In this document: positions 17,676-27,556 of the stretch, one piece after another | Numbering within the stretch: the stretch's first letter is position 1 | Layout of the letters: every line of letters starts with the position of its first letter | Assembly: GCA_048939995.1 (NCBI GenBank) | Contig: JBHLOY010000006.1 | Location: 1 to 64,000, forward strand | Source: Promethearchaeota archaeon | Lineage (GTDB): Archaea > Asgardarchaeota > Lokiarchaeia > Sigyniarchaeales > SOKP01 | Length of the DNA: 64,000 nt | Direction of reading: 5' to 3' | The notes under the pieces: model-generated | The model's input: only the letters and a program-made list of their open reading frames with translations | Told to the model about the DNA's origin: nothing | The model's database searches: none | Translations under genes and position numbers: made by a program

Positions 17676-18338
17676 ATGAATTGGGAAATTGAAAAAGAAT
17701 CATTCTATGATTTTATTGTTCAGAATAATGTAATTGGATTTTATAAGAAACCTGTAAAACTAAAATCAGGAAGATTATCTCCTTTTTATGTTAATTGGAG
17801 AAATGTATCTGAGGATGTCTATCTAATAGATAGATTGACTGATTATATGATTTCGTACATAGAATATCTAAAATTAAATCCAGATTGTTTTTTTGGTGTA
17901 CCTGAAGGAGCTACTAAATTAGGTATTATCATGCAGTTTAAATGGGCGAGAAAGAATCCAAATTATGGACCTGAAAAATTTGTATTATCAATGGGCAGAG
18001 GAAAAATAAAGAATCACGGTGAATTAAAAGATCGGCTGTATTTAGGAATGCCTAGAGGCAGAGTCGTAATTCTAGAAGATGTAACTACAACTGGGGAGTC
18101 CCTAGTTCAGTGTATAGAAGGATTACAGCATAATAAGGTAAATGTAATAGCTGCAATTAGTTTAACAAATAGGGATGAAGTAAGAGATGATGATAAAACA
18201 GTCGAAGATGTAGTTCAAGAAAAGAGAGTAGAGTATTTTTCTATGAGCATAATTACTGAACTGATTACTAGACTAAATCTTTCTGAGGAATTATCCTTTT
18301 TAGTGGATAAATATTTTAAAAAATATGGTGTTAAATAA
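17676..18338 (+). CDS. pyrE: Orotate phosphoribosyltransferase
   Basis: LKSGRLSPFYVN and PRPP-binding VVILEDVTTTGES. Confidence 0.88.
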   Translation: MNWEIEKESFYDFIVQNNVIGFYKKPVKLKSGRLSPFYVNWRNVSEDVYLIDRLTDYMISYIEYLKLNPDCFFGVPEGATKLGIIMQFKWARKNPNYGPEKFVLSMGRGKIKNHGELKDRLYLGMPRGRVVILEDVTTTGESLVQCIEGLQHNKVNVIAAISLTNRDEVRDDDKTVEDVVQEKRVEYFSMSIITELITRLNLSEELSFLVDKYFKKYGVK

Positions 18339-18343
18339 TCTAA

Positions 18344-18931
18344 TTAAGAGTTTAAGAGAAGGAAATCCCTCCATGCTTTAATAATTTTGTATAATTCTCT
18401 ATACAAGATTTTCTCTAATGATGTAAGGCGTTGTTCATCATCCAAAGATAAATCTGCTTTAGACAAGCGCAATAATTTCAATAATCTGCTATCAATGATA
18501 TTACTAGCGTATGAAATATATCTATCTAAATCCATTTTCGGCTTTATGTTATTTTGCACCTCATATTCCATAATAGATTTAAACTCTTTAATCCTATTCA
18601 AAAAATATGGTTTCTGTTGATGAAATAATTTTTGATCATCACGTTCGCTTATCGCATATCTCTGAACATCAACATTATCGCATTTTTCATCAGATGTTAG
18701 TTTCAAGATTTTATTTTGAATAAAGGGTAATGCTTTAAAGAATTTTAATCTATATTTGTGCCCTTTCTCAAATGGTCCAAATGGTTCTCCAAAAAAACTA
18801 ACTGGCTTAAAATTCTTTATACATTCTGTCATCAACTCTTCATGTTTAAAGATGAAATTAACTCGCTTTAAATTTAAAAGTAAGTTATTTCTTTTTAAAT
18901 TTAAAAATAACTTATCTTCCATCTGTACCAC
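18344..18931 (-). CDS. GINS complex subunit, B-A domain order (Gins23 / Psf2-Psf3 type)
   Basis: N-terminal beta domain FGPFEKG...FFKALPF, then helical domain RLLKLLRL...LTSLEKILY...W; close to mcm. Confidence 0.65.
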   Translation of the reverse strand: MVQMEDKLFLNLKRNNLLLNLKRVNFIFKHEELMTECIKNFKPVSFFGEPFGPFEKGHKYRLKFFKALPFIQNKILKLTSDEKCDNVDVQRYAISERDDQKLFHQQKPYFLNRIKEFKSIMEYEVQNNIKPKMDLDRYISYASNIIDSRLLKLLRLSKADLSLDDEQRLTSLEKILYRELYKIIKAWRDFLLLNS

Positions 18932-19021
18932 ACTATAATTTAAAAATAAAAATGCTTTTATATACTAATTAAAATGATCTACAATTGAAATTAAATATTA
19001 TTATTTATACATAAAGACTCT

Positions 19022-22000
19022 GTGGTTATATTGATTGTCGAACTTATTTTACTTGGTGTTTTTATAATTCTCTTTTTCTTCGGTTTTTATATTATATATA
19101 GACAAGTGGCCTTAGTGAAAAGAGGAGAATTTAAAATGAAAGATCGCCTTCAATGCACCATTTATGGGATTCTTTTTAGTCTAGCAACTATGATTGTTAT
19201 TTCAATGGGAGTCATTTTTACTATTGAAAACGTGAATCCACTTGTTCTATTAATTCCTTTCATCATATGCTTGATTTATATGTCAATTTACCCCCTAATT
19301 GACTTTTTATTTATTGCTTTGAGCAAAGAATCTGATGAGGGTCTTACACCGTTTCATAAATTTATTAGTGAGAATATTATTAATAAGTCAAAAAATAAAA
19401 TAGTATCATTTATTATAGCTTTATTATTATATTCATTATTTATTATTCCCCCTATATTGTTATCCTTAGCAGGATTACCTTTTTTACTGATCTGGATTTC
19501 TTCAATGTTAATTTATCCCCTTTTAAACCTCATTCTTTATGGAACTAAAGGTTATATAGCTGGAATTTCAAATGAGTATTACCATATCCCCGCAATAAAA
19601 AGATCAGTCTTTTTAAATTTTGAAGATAGTAAACGGGGTGTCAAGCAATTTTTATCTTACCCCAAGCCATATATTATTTTAGGATTTATGATCTTTGTAT
19701 TTGTATGGGCTTGGATCTCATTATTTCAAACAATAGGATTTTATTTCACAGGATCATTTGCTATCTCCACCATGTCTTCTTATTTTGCTTATGTAACCTT
19801 ATTTTTTGGGATTATTGGATACTTCACACGGTTCTGGGGAAGAAAAATCAAATACAGAGCAATAGATATCTATTTTGCAGCATATTTAATGGCAGCCATC
19901 GGGATAAATGTATTCGTAAACTTTTTACTAGTCAATATTAACGTTTTATCTATTTCCTTGAATTTCTGGGCTTTAACTCAAGAAATTCAACCAAATTATA
20001 TATTATTTTCATGGCCATCAGCTTTCGAAGAAATAATACTCATAATTTTTACAAGTTATTATTTGATCTCAAAAACAAATGAATTCAAATTTAATATTAA
20101 GTTTTCAAAAATTACTCAATGTGGCCAAACTTTTGATCCTATACCTCTTTTTAACTTCATAAAAAATCCCAATCCAGAATTAAGAACTCATGCTGAAAAT
20201 ACAATCCTCCTGATGTTTGAAAGGATTCCTATAAAAAGTGAAATCTCTCCCGATGTATGGAAATTTAAAGATATGTTAATTGATGGTTTATGTGATTCTA
20301 ATCTTAATTCTAAACGGGTATGTTATAAAATATTAAGTCAGTTGGAAAAAGACATTCCAAAAACAGTTCTCCCATGGATAATCGATGGTATTCAATCCCC
20401 TAACTATGATAAAATATATCCTTTTACTCGATCCTTATTACAAGCAAATATAGAATTGTTGGAAAAAGTTCCAAAAACATTACTTTTAAAACTAATAAAC
20501 GATTTTGAGTGGCGTATTAAACTTATTGGACTAAAGTTATATTCAAGGTTAATCAAACACAATGAAGAATCACTTTTAAACTTAAACATTGAAAAGTTAA
20601 TGAAAGATCCAAATAGTACTGTAATAATTGAATTATTTAATATTATCCAAGATTCTGGATTCTCTCTTCCAAGTAATATCATATTGAATAAATTTAATCA
20701 TCCTAATAGAAATGTGAGAGCTGCTGCTATTAGAAACTTGAAAAATATATCTTTAGATAAAATAAACTCAGAAATAATCACTCAACTTATTGCTTATATG
20801 GCCGATCCAACTGCAAGTGTGAGAGCTTCTGTTTTTGAAATCATTGCTTGGATAGGGAATTTTGAGGAGTTTTCATTTCCAGTTGAACCTTTATATGATG
20901 GATTAATCGATATTAATGACGATGTAAGAAAATCTTCTGTAAAAGCTTTGAAAAAATATTTCGATGAGAATCCTAAATCATTAGATATAGATTTAATAAT
21001 AAATAAAATTGACCCGACCAATATATCTATTTTAAAAAATACTTTAGATCTTCTTAGTGATTTATGGGAAAAAGATCCAGAAAAGATTCTAACAATTTTA
21101 TTAATTTTCATAAAATTTGAGGATAATGAATTAAAAAATGAGATTTCGAGAATTCTTAGAAAAAAATATGAACTCTCCCCAAATTTAATCTTTGAAAATT
21201 TAATTAAAGTCAAGGATCAATCAAAATATATATTAAAGGGTATAATCTCAAGTACTTTAATTGAAATTGCTAAGTTAGATCCGTTAGTTGTAATCCCAAA
21301 ATTACTCATAAATCTTGAAAGTGATAACGATGATGTTGTTTTAAACTCATTAGTATCTCTTGAAGGCTTAATCGAAGATCACCTTAATAAAATTGAATTA
21401 AGAAGAATAATTTCGATATTTCAGAAACCTTATGGTTTACAGATAAAGAAAGAAGGTTCTCAACTGATTTTAAGTATAGCAAACAAAAAACCTTTATCCT
21501 TAAAACCTGTTATCAATGATTTATTAGAATTAGAAAAGAGTCAAGATCTGTCAGTTCGAATAATTTTATCTAAATCCATATTAGAATTAGCCAAGAGTGA
21601 ACCTAAGTTAATACCGATATCTAATATAATAAATTTAGTCTCTGATAATGATGCCTTTATTCGTGAGACTGCTGTCAAAACTCTAGGTTTTATTGGACAC
21701 AATTTTCCCTCAGAAGTAATAGAAATTTTGTTGAAAAAAACCCTTATAGATAATGAGTGGATAGTACGAGATGCTACAATCTCAAGTTTAGGTAAAATTA
21801 TTCCGAAACTTGATGATAAACAAAAGATAGTGCAAAAACTAGCATCTTTGATGGAAGACAAGAATACTTGGGTTCGAAAATCTTCAATGAATTTAATCGC
21901 ATCAATTAAAGATATATCTCCTTCGACTATTCCATTTAATAAATTAACAGAAAATTTAATCCATTCTAATCCGAAAGTTCGAGAAGGAGCGGCTAATCTA

Positions 22001-22339
22001 CTAAAAATTTATGACTTTAATATTATTAATGATAATTTTGAAAAGATCCTTCTCCTCTTAGGTGATGAATCTGAGGAAGTAAGAAGATCTATAATAAATA
22101 CTATAATTGAATTGATAAAAAATGTAGGGCTTTCTAAACTGCTAAATATCTTGTTGAAAAATTTAAGTGATTCTGGCTCTTTACTAACTCAGCAATCTAT
22201 AGCTATAATTTTAGGTAGAACTGCTAAATATGAAGAAGAAACAATTAAAAAGAGAATTATTGCATTACTAAAAGTTCGATGTGAAATGTCACAAGATCCA
22301 ATAATCTGCGAAAATTTAACAAAATTAAAGGAACATTAG
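19022..22339 (+). CDS. Multi-pass membrane protein with long C-terminal HEAT-repeat region
   Basis: About 9 hydrophobic segments in the first ~350 aa; many HEAT-like units (DPTASVRAS, DDVRKSS, DNDAFIRETA, DNEWIVRDA, DKNTWVRKS, NPKVREGA, DESEEVRRS). Confidence 0.85.
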   Translation: MVILIVELILLGVFIILFFFGFYIIYRQVALVKRGEFKMKDRLQCTIYGILFSLATMIVISMGVIFTIENVNPLVLLIPFIICLIYMSIYPLIDFLFIALSKESDEGLTPFHKFISENIINKSKNKIVSFIIALLLYSLFIIPPILLSLAGLPFLLIWISSMLIYPLLNLILYGTKGYIAGISNEYYHIPAIKRSVFLNFEDSKRGVKQFLSYPKPYIILGFMIFVFVWAWISLFQTIGFYFTGSFAISTMSSYFAYVTLFFGIIGYFTRFWGRKIKYRAIDIYFAAYLMAAIGINVFVNFLLVNINVLSISLNFWALTQEIQPNYILFSWPSAFEEIILIIFTSYYLISKTNEFKFNIKFSKITQCGQTFDPIPLFNFIKNPNPELRTHAENTILLMFERIPIKSEISPDVWKFKDMLIDGLCDSNLNSKRVCYKILSQLEKDIPKTVLPWIIDGIQSPNYDKIYPFTRSLLQANIELLEKVPKTLLLKLINDFEWRIKLIGLKLYSRLIKHNEESLLNLNIEKLMKDPNSTVIIELFNIIQDSGFSLPSNIILNKFNHPNRNVRAAAIRNLKNISLDKINSEIITQLIAYMADPTASVRASVFEIIAWIGNFEEFSFPVEPLYDGLIDINDDVRKSSVKALKKYFDENPKSLDIDLIINKIDPTNISILKNTLDLLSDLWEKDPEKILTILLIFIKFEDNELKNEISRILRKKYELSPNLIFENLIKVKDQSKYILKGIISSTLIEIAKLDPLVVIPKLLINLESDNDDVVLNSLVSLEGLIEDHLNKIELRRIISIFQKPYGLQIKKEGSQLILSIANKKPLSLKPVINDLLELEKSQDLSVRIILSKSILELAKSEPKLIPISNIINLVSDNDAFIRETAVKTLGFIGHNFPSEVIEILLKKTLIDNEWIVRDATISSLGKIIPKLDDKQKIVQKLASLMEDKNTWVRKSSMNLIASIKDISPSTIPFNKLTENLIHSNPKVREGAANLLKIYDFNIINDNFEKILLLLGDESEEVRRSIINTIIELIKNVGLSKLLNILLKNLSDSGSLLTQQSIAIILGRTAKYEEETIKKRIIALLKVRCEMSQDPIICENLTKLKEH

Positions 22340-22509
22340 TCAATATATTCTTCCTAAATTAAAATTCTATCACTAAATCTTATCTCTCTGCCTACTTTTT
22401 TCCTAACAATTTTATTTACACTTTAATAAGCTTAAATCGTTAATAAAGCAGATTAAAATATCATTAAAAATAAATGGGGTATATATAATATATTTTAAGG
22501 TGATTTTTA

Positions 22510-24636
22510 TTGGCAACCCCAGCATCTAGCCCTAGTATTCCTATTCATCAAGTTCAACGTTTTGAGGATTTCCTAAGATTATTTGAAGATAGACCTGGGA
22601 TATTTAAGTATCAAGATCAAATTAATGATATTATCTCTAAAGGTAGTAATACTCTTATTATTTTATATGAAGATTTGTTAGCTTTTGATTCTCAAATCGC
22701 TGAAATGTTGAAAAAAGATCCAGAATCAATAATAAAAGATGCTGTTGAAGCCTTTGAAAATGTAATGAAATTCCAAGGAGGTAAAACTAAAGATTTAGAA
22801 TATTTCGTTAGGATTGCTACAAAGGATGAGAAAAGCCCTTTAATGGTGCCATTAAGAGGTCTAAGAGCAAAGCATATTGATAATTTAGTGGGTTTTAAAG
22901 CGATCGTTGTACGAAGCTCTACAATAAGACCTAAATTGATTAAAGCAACTTTCGAATGTAATATTTGTAATCTCCAATTTGAGGTAATTCAACTCTCATC
23001 AAAAATAAAATGGCCTAAATTTTGCATTAATAAAAGATGCAAAGCTAAAGCTCAATCAGATTTTAGATTAATCTCTAAAAGTTCAACATTTATTGATTGG
23101 CAAAGTATTATGATCCAAGAGATTCCTGAAGATTTACCTCCTGGTAGAATTCCTAGATCAACCCAATCAATTTTAATACAAGATTTAGTCGATTTGGTGA
23201 AACCAGGAGATAGAGTTAAAATTATCGGTATTTTCAAGTCAGTAATAGCTCAATCAATTAAAAACATTAACAGTACTTTATTTAAAACATTTATTGAAGT
23301 AAATTTTATTGATCCTGAAGATAAATCAGAGGAGATCATAGAATTATCAAAGGAAGATCTAAAGGAGATTGAGGAGTTATCAAAAGAACCTATGATCCAA
23401 AAAAAAATTGCTCGATCTATCGCTCCTACGATTTATGGAAGAGATGACCTTAAAATGGCATGTGCTTTATCTCTATTTGCAGGAACTAGAAAATTAAAAC
23501 CTGATGGGAGTTATAAAAGGGGAGATATACATATTTTGTTTGTTGGAGATCCTGGAACAGGAAAATCTGAAATCCTTAAGAGTGCAATTGAAATATCACC
23601 ACGGGCTCTCTATACTTCAGGAAAAGGATCAACAGCAGTAGGTTTAACTGCTGCTGTGATTAAAGACTCTGATACGGGACAAATGAATTTAGAAGCTGGA
23701 GCTGTAGTATTAGCTAATGGAGGTGTAGCGGCCATTGATGAATTTGATAAAATGAATCCAGCTGATAGATCAGCTTTACATGAAGCAATGGAACAGCAAA
23801 CTGTAAGTATAGCTAAAGCAGGTATCGTTGCAACCTTGAAAGCGCAAACAGCAATTATTGCCGCAGCAAATCCACGCTCTGGAAGATATGATAGATATAA
23901 AACACCTACACAAAACATAAATTTACCCCCTTCTCTGCTTTCTAGATTTGATCTTATTTTTGTTGTAATTGATAAGCCAGATCCCACTGAGGACGCTCAA
24001 ATGGCTGAATTTATACTCCAGAATTCAATGCTAGATTCAGGTCAAATAGGAAAAGATGAAAGCACAAATACAGCTCCAATATCTGGAGATTTGTTAAAAA
24101 AATATATTAAACATGCAAGAAAAACTAGTCATCCATTGTTAACTGAGGAGGCCAAAGAACATATCAAAGATTTTTATTTGGACTTAAGAAGTCAATATGA
24201 AAGTGAAGATGCTGTTGTATCGATATTAGCAAGGAATTTAGACGCTCTAGTTAGATTAAGCGAAGCTTATGCTAAAATGACTTTAAGAAATAGGGTTTTA
24301 AAGGATGATGTTGATGAAATAATTAAACTATTTAAAAGATACCTTAAAGATACGGGTTATGATGAGACAACTGGGAAAATAGATATGGACAGAATTTTAG
24401 TTGGGCAATCTAGAAGTTCAATTAATAAACTTGATAAATTATTAAATAGATTAAAGGAAATATTTGAAGAAAATAATTGGAAAGCTATGGAGAGAAAAAA
24501 TTTGGTACAAATCCTTGATCTCGAAGAAGATCTAGATGAAAAATGGATTAATGATGCTCTTAAAGAATTAATTAAAGAAGGCACTCTATATGAACCCAAA
24601 ACTAACTTTTTAAGATTCACAAACAGAGAAGATTAA
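22510..24636 (+). CDS. mcm: Replicative helicase MCM (no intein)
   Basis: Zn finger CNIC/CINKRC, GDPGTGKS, IDEFDKM, ALHEAMEQQTVSIAKAG, LLSRFDL; GGTGA SD before TTG. Confidence 0.98.
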   Translation: MATPASSPSIPIHQVQRFEDFLRLFEDRPGIFKYQDQINDIISKGSNTLIILYEDLLAFDSQIAEMLKKDPESIIKDAVEAFENVMKFQGGKTKDLEYFVRIATKDEKSPLMVPLRGLRAKHIDNLVGFKAIVVRSSTIRPKLIKATFECNICNLQFEVIQLSSKIKWPKFCINKRCKAKAQSDFRLISKSSTFIDWQSIMIQEIPEDLPPGRIPRSTQSILIQDLVDLVKPGDRVKIIGIFKSVIAQSIKNINSTLFKTFIEVNFIDPEDKSEEIIELSKEDLKEIEELSKEPMIQKKIARSIAPTIYGRDDLKMACALSLFAGTRKLKPDGSYKRGDIHILFVGDPGTGKSEILKSAIEISPRALYTSGKGSTAVGLTAAVIKDSDTGQMNLEAGAVVLANGGVAAIDEFDKMNPADRSALHEAMEQQTVSIAKAGIVATLKAQTAIIAAANPRSGRYDRYKTPTQNINLPPSLLSRFDLIFVVIDKPDPTEDAQMAEFILQNSMLDSGQIGKDESTNTAPISGDLLKKYIKHARKTSHPLLTEEAKEHIKDFYLDLRSQYESEDAVVSILARNLDALVRLSEAYAKMTLRNRVLKDDVDEIIKLFKRYLKDTGYDETTGKIDMDRILVGQSRSSINKLDKLLNRLKEIFEENNWKAMERKNLVQILDLEEDLDEKWINDALKELIKEGTLYEPKTNFLRFTNRED

Positions 24637-24652
24637 ATCTAATTCATCAACT

Positions 24653-25156
24653 CTAGGTTTCTAAAGCTAATTTTGATATTAATTTGAATGCATCTTCTAC
24701 ATGCTCTCCATATTTCGCTGAAGTATATAATATCGAATTAGCATTTATATTGTTCCCAATCTCTTCAATCTCAATTCTAGAACAATTTGATTTAAGATCG
24801 GTTTTATTTGCTATTAAAATAAATGGAATATTAGTACAATTTTTTTTAAGGTCTGGTATCCAAAAACCAATTATTTGTTTGAATGTGTTCTTCCTTGTAA
24901 GATCTCCAACAACTAAGGCTCCATTAGAACCTCTATAATATAGATTTCTCATTTTCAACCAACGTTCTTGACCTGCTATATCCCAAATTTGAAATAAAAC
25001 TTCTTTATTAGAATTTAACATAATTTTTTTTGTGAATATATTAGTGCCTATTGAGGCTTTATAATCTTCAGAGAAATAACCTGAAACAAATTTTTTCACA
25101 AGACTTGTCTTACCTACTCCAGGTTCTCCAATAATTATAACTTTAATTTTAAACAT
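24653..25156 (-). CDS. Small Rab/Ras-like GTPase
   Basis: G1 GEPGVGKTS, G3 WDIAGQE, G4 NKTD, G5 SAK; no C-terminal prenylation Cys. Confidence 0.93.
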   Translation of the reverse strand: MFKIKVIIIGEPGVGKTSLVKKFVSGYFSEDYKASIGTNIFTKKIMLNSNKEVLFQIWDIAGQERWLKMRNLYYRGSNGALVVGDLTRKNTFKQIIGFWIPDLKKNCTNIPFILIANKTDLKSNCSRIEIEEIGNNINANSILYTSAKYGEHVEDAFKLISKLALET

Positions 25157-25290
25157 TTATAAACCAAATCTTTTATCTTTTCATAATTCATTACATAATC
25201 GAACCTAAATAAAAATATGTTAATATTAAATAAATTAAAACCTAAAATTAAACTAATAAAAGATTCTTAAACATTTGAGAGGATTTATTC

Positions 25291-26382
25291 ATGACAACTG
25301 GAATTGTATATGATGATGTTTATCTTCAACATAGGATTGGTACACATGTGGAAAGCCATGAGAGACTTATTGCGATAATGAAATTTTTAAAAGAAAAGGG
25401 AACCCTAGAAGATCCAGAATTTAGACTTATAAAACCAAGGAAAGCTAATCTTAACCAGATAAAATACGTACATAGAGAGAGACTCATAACAGAAATTCAA
25501 AATATGTGCGAATTAGCTGAAAGAACCAATCGTATTCAATATCTTGATATGGATACTGCTGTATCACCTAAGACTTATGAAGCGTCTTTATATGCTGTTG
25601 GGGGCAATTTACAAGCTGCAGATGAAATATTGAATGGAAACTTAAAAAATGCATTTGCTTTAGTAAGACCCCCAGGGCATCACTCTAATTCTCATCGATT
25701 TGCTGGCTTCTGTATATTTAATAATATTGCTATAACTTCTGAATATCTATTTAGGGAAAAAAACATAAAAAGAATAATAATTATTGACTGGGATTGCCAT
25801 CATGGAAATGGTACACAAGATATATTTTTCCAAGGATCCAAATCAGAATCGGGTGAATTAGTTATGTTCAATTCTCATCAGTATGGTTACTTTTATCCTG
25901 GAACTGGAAATTTTGATGAAATCGGTTCACATAAGGGAACAGGTAAAATAATTAATTATCCCTTGCCAGCTGGGTCTGCTGATGATGTTATACCTTTATA
26001 TTTTGATGAAATAATTGCTCCAATATGTGAAATATTTAAACCAGAGTTTATACTTATTTCAGCTGGTTTTGATACTCACTGGACTGATGAATTGACAAAT
26101 ATGAATTGGACATATCAAGCGCCAGCCCATTATTTAAAAAGAATAAAAACTCTAGCTCAAAAATTTGCTAATGAAAGGATTCTTATTACATTAGAGGGAG
26201 GATACAATGTAGATAAACAAGCTCGGGCGGTCTATAATTGTTTACAAGTATTAAATGGAAAGGATGATCAATTAATTGAGGAAACCCCTAGAACCTCAGA
26301 TAAGGCTATATTAAGTTATTTAAAGGATAAGTTAATTCCAAAATTAAAGGAGAAATTGAACCCCTACTGGAATTGTTTCTAA
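25291..26382 (+). CDS. Zn-dependent histone deacetylase family protein
   Basis: RPPGHH, GFCIFN, DWDCHHGNGTQ, SAGFD, LEGGY. Confidence 0.95.
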   Translation: MTTGIVYDDVYLQHRIGTHVESHERLIAIMKFLKEKGTLEDPEFRLIKPRKANLNQIKYVHRERLITEIQNMCELAERTNRIQYLDMDTAVSPKTYEASLYAVGGNLQAADEILNGNLKNAFALVRPPGHHSNSHRFAGFCIFNNIAITSEYLFREKNIKRIIIIDWDCHHGNGTQDIFFQGSKSESGELVMFNSHQYGYFYPGTGNFDEIGSHKGTGKIINYPLPAGSADDVIPLYFDEIIAPICEIFKPEFILISAGFDTHWTDELTNMNWTYQAPAHYLKRIKTLAQKFANERILITLEGGYNVDKQARAVYNCLQVLNGKDDQLIEETPRTSDKAILSYLKDKLIPKLKEKLNPYWNCF

Positions 26383-26503
26383 TTTTTTTCATCCCTAAGT
26401 CTTGTTACTTAAAGATTGTGCGATAATTTATAAAGTTAGTTCGCTATTAAAGTTACAAATTAGATCATTTTTTGTAAATAATATATATTAATTAATCATA
26501 AAG

Positions 26504-27367
26504 GTGAATATAATTTCTTACGAATATGAAAAAGATGAGGATGAGGAACCAAAGAAACCTACACCGCCTCCTCTAAGACCTCCTTCTATGCCTCCGCCCT
26601 CAGTACCGCCTCCATCCATACCGCCTCCTCAAGCTCCCACACCTCAACAAGTCCCTTCGTATCCAAAATATGAATCTGAACCTTCAATACCAAGTGGACC
26701 TTCACAAGTAGAATATAACGCCGCAGTAAGTCAAATCCAGGCTAGTGAATCGCGAATTACACAATTAACAGCACAAATCCAAGACGCTAATAGTAAATTA
26801 GCAAATTTTAATGCCCAACTTTACGATAGGGATAATCAAATAAATCAATTATCATCTAAAGTTCAAAATCTTCAAGCAACAATAGAAACGTATCAAAATC
26901 AAATTACGCAACTAAATAATGAGAAAGCTCAATTACAAACTCAAATACCTCAGTTACAAGGGCAACTCCAACGCGTTCAACAAGAGAATATGAACTTACA
27001 ACAACAAATAGGACCTCTCCAATCCCAAATTGGTAAGTTGCAAGAAGAATTATCCTACAAAGAAAAGAGAATTCAAGAATTAAAAGAACCCAAACCTGTC
27101 ATGCCTTCGAGCCTTGCTCAAGGAATTACCTCGCAAACCTCAACATTGGGAAGTAGTCCTTCTTTTGGAACATCCTTAAAGCCATCTCCTGCACCATCAG
27201 CAGATATAGGTGCCGGACTTGGTGGAATTAGACGATTGTGCCCAAATTGTGGAGCATCTGGTTTTGCAATAAAGGAAGTTGAGGATCGAACAAAAATAAT
27301 CAGTTATATACCGAAACCGCAATATGCTAAGAAGTATGTCTGTACTAAATGTGGATTCGAGTTTTAA
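26504..27367 (+). CDS. Proline-rich / Gln-rich coiled-coil / C-terminal Zn-ribbon protein
   Basis: PPPS(M/V/I) repeats, ~120 aa heptad region, CPNC...CTKC; start codon uncertain. Confidence 0.8.
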   Translation: MNIISYEYEKDEDEEPKKPTPPPLRPPSMPPPSVPPPSIPPPQAPTPQQVPSYPKYESEPSIPSGPSQVEYNAAVSQIQASESRITQLTAQIQDANSKLANFNAQLYDRDNQINQLSSKVQNLQATIETYQNQITQLNNEKAQLQTQIPQLQGQLQRVQQENMNLQQQIGPLQSQIGKLQEELSYKEKRIQELKEPKPVMPSSLAQGITSQTSTLGSSPSFGTSLKPSPAPSADIGAGLGGIRRLCPNCGASGFAIKEVEDRTKIISYIPKPQYAKKYVCTKCGFEF

Positions 27368-27556
27368 ATAATTTTTATTTTCCAAAATTTTATTAAACTT
27401 AATAAAATTTAACTTGGGTTATTTTAGAATAAGTTTAAAAACTCATTTTTAGATATTACATATCATAATAATTCCTAGGGAAAATTATTTATATAATAAT
27501 TTTAATTAGTATTGCAAATTTGATTGGGTAATAGTTAAGGGAATATTTGATTTTTT

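Noticed and set aside
22340-22509. Replication origin near gins/mcm
   Set aside because: No ORB-like repeats recognised and no cdc6/orc1 gene in the window
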